Shown piece after piece: positions 47,512-58,800 of a stretch of DNA of 64,000 nucleotides (positions are counted from its first letter, which is position 1; the number at the start of each line of letters is the position of its first letter). The position numbers and the translations under genes were made by a program. Source of the stretch: Octopus sinensis (taxonomy: Eukaryota); assembly GCF_006345805.1 (NCBI RefSeq), contig NC_043001.1, forward strand, positions 18,414,001 through 18,478,000. The letters are read 5' to 3'. The notes beneath the pieces are model-generated. The model worked only from the letters and a program-made list of their open reading frames with translations, ran no database searches and was not told the DNA's origin.

Positions 47512-47989
47512 ATAAGAAACTCCAAATTACCCAAAGTAAGTTAATGTTTGTCATAATTATTGGAAAAAACCCCAATTCCTTAAAATTTTTTTTTTGTTTA
47601 ATTTGTTTTCTGTCTGATATCAAGTGAGGGCTAAATTATTAAGGAACATGGCCTAGTGGTTAGGCTGCTGTACTCATGATTGTGAGATCTTGGTTTCAAT
47701 TTCTGGACTGGGTGGTGTGTTGTGTTCTTGAGTAAGCCACATTATTTCATATAGCTCTGCAGTCACCTCAACATCTGATGTTTGGCACACTATGCACCTG
47801 TACAGGTAATGTTGATTTGATGGAGGGACTGAGCTAATATGTAACATGAACATTTTAGCACTACAAGCAAATAGTCTCTGTGATGGTTGCTAAGCAAGTT
47901 GTTGTGGGACCCTCATCTATCTTTTATGACTGGATAATCCACAAACTATCGTAACCAGACTTACATCATTTTAAGGGTATTTTAAGAAA

Positions 47990-48545
47990 TTATAATAATA
48001 ATGAAATTATTGTATACGGTGCTCAGGTGCACCACAACTTGTCAAAAGTGTGTATAAAGCATATGCAGTAATGTACAAATGCCTGCAAAGTGAACAATGT
48101 ATGAGTCAGATACATGCTTGTGTGTGTATGGAGGGGAGAAAATCAGGTGTAGTGTTGGCGAATCTCAGAAAGCATGGAAGTTTTGAAGGATGCAGTGCTC
48201 CGACAACTAACAACTGATGATGGCAGTTTGTTCCATACTTCAGCAACTCTTAGCGTGAAAAAATGTTTCCGAAAGTCATGGGAGCTGTACTGTTTTCTGA
48301 CTTTGTAATCATGCCCACGGGTGTTAGATGGGTGGAGTTTGAAAAGGTGCTCAGAGTTATTGTTAGTAAGATGGTTAATAATTTTATGGGTGTCTGCCAA
48401 GTCAGCTGCCAGACGTTGGAGTTTGAAGGTATCCATGTCCAGGGAAGTAAGGCATTCAGAATATGGCAAATGCCTGATGGAGGGTATTGTCTTGGTTGCA
48501 CGTCGCTAAACAGTTTCCAGACAATATCCTGGGCAAGATAGGGGT
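47990..48545 (-). mobile_element. CR1/L2-type LINE 3' fragment
   Basis: ORF 48143-48469 ends TRGHDYKV..RKHFFTLRVAEVWNKLPSSVV..S..SFK, followed by a 3' UTR with an (att)n tail. Confidence 0.85.
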
Positions 48546-49495
48546 TCCAGACTGGTGATGCAAATTATTTCTACTATTTCAACTTTACTACTTTCTAACC
48601 ACAAAATAATTAATCACTCACTTTGGAGCAGCTATGAAATGAGTCATTCTAGTAATGTATTACATTAAAATTTTGATGTGAATTCATAATGAACTTTGGC
48701 AAGTTAGGCATGAATGTCTGTTTCCACCCCATTAACTTAGTTGATAAGGATTCCTAGGTATCTAAGGTTATCCATATCATCTTGTGCAGTCATGGACAAA
48801 CTACAGTCCGCAGGCCACGTATCTTTCTGAATGACACCTTCAACAAAATAATTACCTTGAATTTTATAATAGTGTGTCTCACCTGATGATGAGCCCTGTC
48901 TCATGTAGCCTGCTTCTTGTAAAATGTTGCCCATGACTGGTCTAGTGGTTTGCCATTGGCAGTGATAGTTGATGGGCTGTTTATGTGCATGATTTGTGTT
49001 TTTGATGAAGATTCTGTTTGCATTGCATAATTGTTCAGCCTATGAATTCTCTTAAGTCAATGATTTCTCTTTGAAGAGAGGGTTGCCAAATCAGGAAGAG
49101 ACTGGGAAAGAGTATACAGCCATCTCATCATCATCATTGTTTAACGTCCGTTTTCCATGCTAGCATGGGTTGGACGGTTCGACTGGGGTCTGGGAAGCCA
49201 GGAGGCTGCACCAGGCTCAGTCTGATCTGGCAGTGTTTCTACAGCTGGATGCCCTTTCTAATGCCAACCACTCCATGAGTGTAGTGGGTGCTTTTTACAT
49301 GCCACCGGCACAGGTGCCAGGCGAGGCTGGCAACGGCCACTTTCGGTTGGTGCTTTTTATGTGCCCAATCTGGATTTCATTGAAAACTATTGAGAGAGTT
49401 TCTTCTTAATTATCAAATTGCATTAAGAAATCTTATACACCACTGATATTAAATTTATATATATATATATTTTTCAATTCTAGGATTTGCCAAAC

Positions 49496-49660
49496 ATGTC
49501 TCTAAGAACAGTTTTCCAGTCGGCTGCTAATTGGGCCCATAGCAACAAGTTTGTTTCCTTGATAGTCATCACATCTGTTATGTACTTAGCAACATATCCA
49601 TTGAAAACTCCAAAAATCGCTACTTCTGAAGAGAGAATTGCTAAATCATCACCAAAATAA
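49496..49660 (+). CDS. 54-aa single-TM microprotein, probable homologue of uMKKS2 (MSLRTVFQSAANWAHSNKFVSLIVITSVMYLATYPLKTPKIATSEERIAKSSPK*)
   Basis: Lies inside exon 49484-49663 (acceptor ttttcaattctag, donor cag|gttagt). ATG has A at -3. Gapless W-x3-N-x13-L-x-T-Y-x-L pattern shared with recalled human uMKKS2 (WIRKNWLLVAGISFIGVHLGTYFL). Confidence 0.78.
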   Translation: MSLRTVFQSAANWAHSNKFVSLIVITSVMYLATYPLKTPKIATSEERIAKSSPK

Positions 49661-51288
49661 CAGGTTAGTTACAAATTTCAAAAATATTTTAATTGCTTTA
49701 ATTTTGTATTCAGGGACTGATCTTCAAAAACTATTCTTTATAGATTAGCAAATGAAAATTGTTTATTTTATTTTTTGTTCCTCTTGGCTTTTAAAAATTG
49801 TATGTGGAAATGGTTGTGTAGTTCTCCTTGTAGTATAAGATATGGATTCAGAGAATTGTGTGGCTATCATAGAAAGCTCTTCTAACAGATTTGGCTAACA
49901 GACCACATAGTAATGCAGAATGAATATCCATGCAGCTGGATACCCTTCTTAATGCCAACCACTGGCAATGGCACTAGATATGATTACTAAGTGACTTGCA
50001 AGACATGACCCCTCAACTGAGAGGGGACTAGTATTGAGGGTGGTGGTTTTATTGCAGAGGATGCGAGGTTGAAATATGATGGAGGAGGTAGGTGTGTGTC
50101 AGGGAGGTAATAGGTGGCAGCAGAGACAACCCCTAATATACATATTAGGAGAAGCCAACATAGGAAGCTTCATGCAGTCACTCAGACTAGAAAACAACAG
50201 GGAATCTTCTTCAAATCACAATCTACTGTATTAAACAAAACATTTTAGGTAATGTAGGGATCACAAATTGATCACATCATCATCATCATCATCGTTTAAT
50301 GTCCGTTTTCTATGCTAGCATGGGTTGGATGGTTTGACCGGAGTCTGGGAAACCAGGAAGCTGCACCAGGCTCCAATCTGATCTGGCAATGTTTCTACAG
50401 CTGGATGCCCTTCCTGATGCCAACCATTCCGTGAGTGTAGTGGGTGCTTTTTACGTGTCACTGGCACAGGGGCCTGAGGAGGCTGGCAACTGGCCACAAT
50501 CGGTTGGTGCTTTTTACGTGTCACCGACACAGACGCTAGTCAGGCGGTGCTGGCATATCCATGAATATCTTTACTCATGGCTCTACTCAATTAGAATTGA
50601 CCTGTAGCAGTAAGACTACAGTAGCAGATATAGCTAAAATTATTGCAAAGTATATTTTACTTGTGAGATTGTCTGTCTCACAATATTTATAGAAAGATTT
50701 TCTTAAATTAAAATTATCAATTATATGAAAAAAAAAAAAAAACTCTGTTCTTTAAAGATTTTTCTATACTCTCTCTTTTACTCTTTTACTTGTTTCAGTC
50801 ATTTGACTGCGGCCATGCTGGAGCACCACCTTTAATCGAGCAACTCGACCCCGGGACTTATTCTTTTGTAAGCCCAGTACTTATTCTATCGGTCTCTTTT
50901 GCCGAACCGCTAAGTAACGGGGACATAAACACACCAGCATCGGTTGTCAAGCAATGCTAGGGGACATACAGACACACAAACACACACACGCATATATATA
51001 TATATATATATATACATATATACGACGGGCTTCTTTCAGTTTCCGTCTACCAAATCCACTCACAAGGCTTTGGTCGGCCCGAGGCTATAGTAGAAGACAC
51101 TTGCCCAAGGTGCCACGCAGTGGGACTGAACCCGGAACCATGTGGTTGGTAGACAAGCTACTTACTACACAGCGACTCCTGCGCCTATATGGTTAATAAT
51201 TTTTAATTTAAGAAAATTTTTCTTCAAACATATATTTGCATATAATATGTGTGTGTATATATTTCATGTGTTTATATGTGTATGTATG

Positions 51289-51321
<33 letters not shown>

Positions 51322-51548
51322 TTACATACATACCTCTCTGTCTCTATATATGTATATATCTGTTTGTGTGTATGTGTATATATATCATCATCATCATCAT
51401 CGTTTAGCATCCACTTTCCATGCTAGCATGGGTTGGACGGTTCAACTGGTGTCTGGGAAGCCAGAAAGCTGCACCAGGCCCAGTCTGATCTGGCAATGTT
51501 TCTACGGCTGGATGCCCTTCCTAACGCCAAGATGCCCTTCTTAACGCC

Positions 51549-51579
<31 letters not shown>

Positions 51580-51621
51580 TACATACATACCTCTCTGTCT
51601 GTATATATGTATATATCTGTC

Positions 51622-51665
<44 letters not shown>

Positions 51666-51810
51666 AGTACATTCTCTGTCTCTATATATGTATATATCTG
51701 TTTGTGTGTGTATATATATATATATATATACACAAGCACACGTTTACCTGTCTGTCTGTTTATATATATATATATATATCTGTATATATTTCAGAGTATA
51801 TAATTGAATA

Positions 51811-52801
51811 ATGCAGGAAGTTACTGAAACTAAACTCCTACGTGGCAAACTCACAGACAAGGAAACAGTGCACCAACTCAATTCACTTAGGCATTTATTT
51901 TCCACCACAGTTGGCCCTTATGGAGGCATTAAGCTACTGCGTAATAACTGCGGGGGTCATGTCACACTGACAAGTTCATCATCCAGGTTGCTGGCTGCTC
52001 TGCGACCTACAAATCCTTTAGCACGACTCATAATTGAAGCCTGTTCAAAGCATTCACATACCTACGGGGATGGGGCTCTCTTCATGGCTCATTTTATCCT
52101 AATTCTGATAGACAAAGCTTTGAAACTTGATTTAGATCATAGGTTGATTACCAAAGTAAATTCTTTTCTTCTTGAATTATTTCTTAGTCATTTAAAATCA
52201 GATGATTTCTCCTGTAAAATGGCTGTAGAAATATCTGATGTTAATTCTTTGTGTCAGGTGGCCAGTACGATGTTGTCATCAAAACCATTGTACCAGCTAG
52301 ACGAGCAGCTGCTAAAGTTGATGAGTTCTGTACTCTTAGAAACCTTCATTAGAAGCCTTCCTTCTGAAAGACAGGACAGTTCCTTAAGACCCATCTTAGA
52401 CAATATACATATCATTGGCATTCCTGGTGAAGAAACACATAATTCTTTCTGTTGTGAAGGATTATTGCTTGAGGCTACAAACATCAAAGAAGTGCTGTCA
52501 TGGCAAACACAGAGAGAATCTCTGGAGAATATTTGTACAGTTGTAGTAAATGTATCTATGGCAGGAGATTCTATAGAGCTACCTCAGTTGACTTATGCCA
52601 GTACCAGCCTTAAAGAACTTGAGCAAAGCTTTCTTTCTCATTTGGAGTCATTCTGTTCTGGACTCATATCAAAAGGCATTAGAATTTTATTCTGCCAGAA
52701 AGTGGTTCACCCTTGTCTAAAAGACCAACTGAGAAGAAACGGTGTATTGGTTTTTGATCGTCTTGGTGCTTTGCTGTGCTCCAAAGTTATCAATTTAACA
52801 G
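51811..52801 (+). CDS. MKKS: MKKS coding exon 1
   Basis: Long ORF from MQEVTETK; donor g|gtaatt at 52802. Confidence 0.95.
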
Positions 52802-55800
52802 GTAATTAGTTAATTATTTTAAACTGACATTTATCATCATCATTATCATTTAGCGTCCGCTTTCCATGCTAGCATGGGTTGGACAGTTCAACTTGGGTCT
52901 GGGAAGCCAGAAGGCTGCACCAGGCCCAGTCTGATCTGGCAATGTTTCTACGTCTGGATGCCCTTCCTAACGCCAACCACTCTGTGAGTATATTGGGTGC
53001 TTTTTACGTGCCACCGGCACAGGTCCCAGACGGGGTTGGAAAACGGCCACGGTCGGATGGTGCTTTTTACGTGCCACCAGCACGGGGACCAGGCGGGTTG
53101 TATTAAATTATGTTTAATATGTCCTTATAATAAATGAACAAGAGCCAATGTTAGCTTTGGCTAAGTTTCTACAGTTGGATGCTCTTTCTCATGTCAATCA
53201 CTAGATGCTTTTTTCCATGTCACCATTCCTAGTGAGGTCTCTAAAAGAACAGGAAAATAATAAAAACTCCTTTGATTATGTGTGTGTGTGTGAACATGGC
53301 TGTTGCTAGTACTGCCTGACTGGCCCTCGTGCTGGTGGCACGTAAAAGCACCCACTACACTCTCGGAGTGGTTGGCGTTAGGAAGGGCATCCAGCTGTAG
53401 AAACTGCCAGATCAGATTGGAGCCTGGTGCAGCCACCTGGTTCACCAGTCCTCAGTCAAATCGTCCAACCCATGCTAGCATGGAAAGCGGAGGTTAAACG
53501 ATGATGATGATATGTGTGTGTGTGTGTGTTTGGTGAGGAGTATTTGAAAGAGTGGGGAGGTTGTTTTATGCTGGATGTTGAGAGGTTGAAGTGTGATAGT
53601 CTTGCTATAGAGGAAATAAATGGCTATGCCATATATAATGGTGGATGGGAGTTACCGGAAAGAAGGTAGAGATGCTGGTGACTAGATACCAGACCATCTC
53701 AAAATACAAGGAGAGTGTAAGAGAGGATAGAGGCAGTGAATGGGGGTGGGAGGGTAATAGTTAGAAATAGGGGTAGAAGTGAATGTAATGAGTGAACAAG
53801 AATGGATATGCAATTGATGGGGAATACCAGGATGGAGAGGGAATAGGGTTAGAGAGATAGAAGTGGCTCAAGAAAGAGAATGTATCAGAAAATAGGGTTG
53901 TAGGGGTGTGATGTGCATGAGGATGTAGCGGTGGGGAGGGAGATGTAGGGATAAATAATAGGTGATGCATGATGGGTGATATGGTAGGGTGTTGAGAATG
54001 ATAGTAGATATGAGAGATGTTAAGACAGGGTATGGCAGAGGAAAGAGTGCAATGGCTGAAGGTACAGAAAAGGGAGCAATGAAAATAGTGTGGGGAAAGA
54101 ATCATAATGAAATGAGAGATGGAAGGGGGTTCCAAGAGGGAAGGGAGGTAACTGGAAGTACAAAGAAAAATTTAGATGGAATATGTGTTGGTTTTGCTCT
54201 CAAGTGATTGCCGCAGCAGGGTAGTGCCATAGACAGAGGAGTGATGATTGCCAGAGAATGAAATGTGGGGAATGCTTGACAGGGTAGAAAGGCAGCGCTC
54301 CGGTCAGGTTTGACTTGGGGCTGGATGCCCTTTCTGATGCTGATCACTAGATGCTTTTTTCATGTCACCATCCCTAGTGAGGTCTCTAAGTAACTTGCAA
54401 GATAAAAAAAGAACAAAAAAAAAAAAAACTCCCTTGATTATGCATGTGTGGGGGTGAGTATTTGTGAGAGTGGGGAGATGGGACCAAACAACAACAATGC
54501 TAGCAGTGATTTAATCTTGATGGTCTATACTGTTTAAAATATATTTTCAGATTCCGTTCCAATTAGTTCATTTTCATCAGCTTGCTCTCCAGATCAATTA
54601 GGGAAAATCAGTAAATTCTCGGTCATGGATGTTTTCGGAAAGCAGTGGCTTCATCTGAATCAGATATCCAGCAGTTTAACTACCCTTGTAGTTTGTAGTC
54701 AAATGGAAGAACAGCTTGAAGAATTAAAGGTTGGTTTGTCTCCTTTCTATAAGTGTTAGAATTGCAAGGAATTCTTTCCTTTTATTGATTTCATGATCAT
54801 CATCATCGTTTAACGTCCGCCTTCCATGCTAGCATGGGTTGTACGGTTCGATTGGGTTCTGGGAAGCCATGAGGCTGCACCAGGCCCAGTCTGATCTGGC
54901 AGTGTTTCTACAGCTGGATGCCCTTCCTAATGCCAACCACTCCGTGAGTGTAGTGGGTGTTTTTTATGTGCCACCGGCACAGGGGCAATATTTTAATTTC
55001 ATCATCACCATTTAATGTCCATCTTTCCATGCTTGTGTGGGTTGGCTGGATTTTGTTGGGGTGGATTTTTTACTGCCAGATGCCCTTCCTGTTGCTAACC
55101 CTTATCTATTTCCAAGTAAGGTAATATTTCCCCATGTCTAAAATTCTCTCAGAAGATTGGAAATGGACACTGCTTGTAGTACAGTGACACTTGTTTACAA
55201 CTATCACAAAATGTCAAGGCTAAAAGACAGTAACACACACACACACGAGGACTTCCTTTCATTTTCCATTTAGCATATTCTCTCACAAGGCTTTGGTTGA
55301 CCCAAGGTAGTGTAGCGGGGAGCTGGCAGAAATGTTAGCACGCTGGGCGAAATGCTTTGTGGTATTTTATCTGTTGCTGCGTTCTGAGTTCAAATTCTGC
55401 CGAGGTCGACTTTGCCTTTCATCCTTTCGGGGTCGATAAATTAAGTACCAGTTACGCACTGGGGTCGATGTAATTGACTTAATCCGTTTGTCTGTCCTTG
55501 TTTGTCCCCTCTATGTTTAGCCCCTTGTGGGCAATAAAGAAATAAGGTATTGTAGAAATTTACCCAAGGTGCTACACAATGCAACTGAACCTGGAACCAT
55601 GTAGTTAGGAGGTAAAGTGCCTACTTTTATTAATGTTTATAAATACTTTTGCTCCTCAAGAATAGCTGGACTTGTACTGCTTCCACTTTGGCTATCTTAT
55701 CTCATTAGTCTCTTCTCTTCCTGCCATCATTCTTGTTGTACCTCTTAGTGTTTGTCGTTTATACAACAAGTGACAGACGAAAAAGGGAGTATATAGGTGC

Positions 55801-58800
55801 ATGGGTGGCTGTGTGGTAAGTAGCTTGTTTACCAACCACATGGTTCCGGGTTCAGTCCCATTGCGTGGCACCTTGGGCAAGTGTCTTCTACTATAGCCTC
55901 GGGCCGACCAAAGCCTTGTGAGTGGATTTGGTAGACGGAAACTGAAAGAAGCCCGTCGTATATATGTATATATATATATGTGTGTGTGTATATGTTTGCA
56001 TGTATGTGTTTGTCCCCCTAGCATTGCTTGACAACCGATGCTGGTGTGTTTATGTCCCTGTCACTTAGCGGTTCGGCAAAAAGAGACCGATAGAATAAGT
56101 ACTGGGCTTAGAAAAAGAATAAGTCCCGGGGTCGAGTTGCTCGATTAAAGGCGGTGCTCCAGCATGGCCACAGTCAAATGACTGAAACAAGTAAAAGAGT
56201 AAGAGTAAGAGTAATATGAGAAACTTTATTGCTCGCAACGATTGTTTCGATCTGTTCTGCATTGATTTCTTGTGACGATGCACCACAACCAGTTGTACCG
56301 TATCCCACCCGTGAGGGATCAACTGATTCTTGTTTTATAGACCACAAATTGATGAAAGGCAAAATTGACTTCAGCAGTATTTGTAGTCAGAACATAAAGC
56401 TGGAAGAAATGCTGTTAGGCCTTTTGTCTGGCATGCTAACGATTCTGCCAGCTTGCTGCCTTCCGTAGTATTGTTCATATACACACATAATATATATTCT
56501 TTTACTCTTTTACTTGTTTCAGTCATTTGACTGTGGCCATGCTGGAGCACCGCCTTTAGTCGAGCAAATGAACCCCAGTACTTATTCTTTGTAAGCCCAG
56601 TACTTATTCTATCGGTCTCTTTTGCCGAACCGCTAAGACGTAAACACACCAGCATCGGTTGTCAAGCAATGCTAGGGGGACAAACACAGACACACAAACA
56701 TATACACACACACTTACATATATATATACATATATATGACAAGCTTCTTTCAGTTTCCGTCTACCAAATCCACTCACAAGGCATTGGTTGGCCCGAGGCT
56801 ATAGTAGAAGACACTTGCCCAAGATGCCACGCAGTGGGACTGAACCCAGAACCATGTGGTTGGTTAGCAAGCTACTTACCACACAGCCACTCCTGCGCTT
56901 ATATATATATACACACACGCACGCACGCACGCATGCGCGCGCGGCAGCGAGCTGGCAGAAACGTTAGCACGTCGGGCGAAATGCTTAGTGGTATTTCGGC
57001 TGCCGTTACGTTGTGAGTTCAAATTCCGCCGAGGTCGACTTTGCCTTTCATCATTTCGGTGTCGATAAATTAAGTACCAGTTACGCACTGGGGTCGATGT
57101 AATCGACTTAGTACCTATGTCTGTCCTTGTTTGTCCCCTCTATGTTTAGCCCCTTGTGGGTAATAAAGAAATAGTATTGTTCATATTGCATCTCAACAGT
57201 AACACTATATGGGAACAGACTGTGTATCAATAGTTAGCTGGAAAAGATGTTTTCCTGGGGCTTAAACAACAGTAGCATCGTCCTGTACAGGACTGCCACA
57301 TTCTGTTGGCAAATAAACTTTACTATTTGGTACTGTTACTGTGTATCTCTCACTGAGAGATTTAAAAAGAAGCTGTTTTAAGAGATCAACGACTGTGTTG
57401 CTTGACTATATAGTGTTTACGAGTGGAGAAAGCTTTTATCAACAGCCATTTATTGTCTCACACTGAGGACGGGTAACCACCCAGAAACCATGGTCGTCGT
57501 CGTTGTTAAGCAACAAGACGGGTAAGGGTGATTAGGTGATGGTCTAGGGCTTAGGGGCTGGAGATCCCAGACCTTGGAAAAAAACAAAAAACTTTGGTCA
57601 TCTTGTTGTAGTCGAGGGCTCTTCGTTGATGCCCGATATCACTGGGAGGTGGTCCTCGAAGTTGCTGGAAATGGAGATCTCCAGGTCCAAATTCTTGAAC
57701 GGCGAAACCATGGTCTGTAAGTATTATGTAAGGCTGGAGATGGGAGTGATGAGTGACCTCCCTTGCAAACACTATGTGGTCACAGACTGTTTGATAACCA
57801 GATGGAAAAGATGTTTTGGGGCTTAAACAAAAGTAACATCACCCTTTATAGGACCACCACATTCTGTTGGTAAATAAACTTTACTATATATATATATATT
57901 ATATATATATATATATATATAATATATATATATTGTTGGTATTTTACAAAAGTGTCATAAGTCCAAAACATTGCTTTTTCAGAAAGTGAAAAAATAGTTT
58001 CACCATTCCATAGCAAAACCATTGTACTACACTTTGACAATTTTTGATATCTTGGCATCTGAAGTAGCTGGAGATGTGACAGTTTTACCCAAAGAACCAT
58101 CTATTCCAAGCAAAAATAAATATTGAAAAAAATGCATTTGGCCAAATTTTGACAGATGACAGTTAAGCATAATAGCAACATTAAATGATGATGGTATAAA
58201 GCTTTTAGAATGCCAAATGTTAAAAGAACAGTAGTGGAATGTGAATATTTAGATAAGAAAAATATTTAGAGAAGTGTTGTTTATAATTCATTAATTTTTA
58301 AAATAAAATTTATTAGAATTCTATTTTCTTTTCTGAAATATTACTAACAAAAGATTAGAAGGGAAAATATTGCATGGTAGCAAAATACTTCAGTTTTTAT
58401 AGAGCCACATTTTTAAGATACTAGTATATTTATGAGATCATCATCATCATCGTTTAACGTCGGCTTTCCATGCTAGCATGGGTTGGACGATTTTGACCGA
58501 GGGCTGGCGAACCAGATGGCTGAATCAGGCTCCAATCTTGATTTGGCAGAGTTTCTACAGCTGGATGCCCTTCCTAACGCCAACCACTCTGAGAGTGTGG
58601 TGGGTGCTTTTTACGTCCTACCAGCACGGGGGCCAGTCAGGTGGTACTGGCAACGACCTTGCTCAAATCTTTTTGCACATGCCCCCAGCATGGGTGCCAG
58701 TATGGCGATGTTGTTAATGATCACGCTTGAATGGTGCCAAATATTTTATAGGTGTGGGTCTAGCTGTGTGGTTAAGACAGGTGTTTCCCAGTCATATGGT

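Noticed and set aside
52802-52809. Stop codon ending the 332-aa ORF 51811-52809
   Set aside because: It lies in the intron; the donor at 52802 splices in frame to 54551.
57551-57826. Overlapping 73-aa and 66-aa ORFs
   Set aside because: They have no recognisable motif and sit inside a repeat-bounded insert in an intron.
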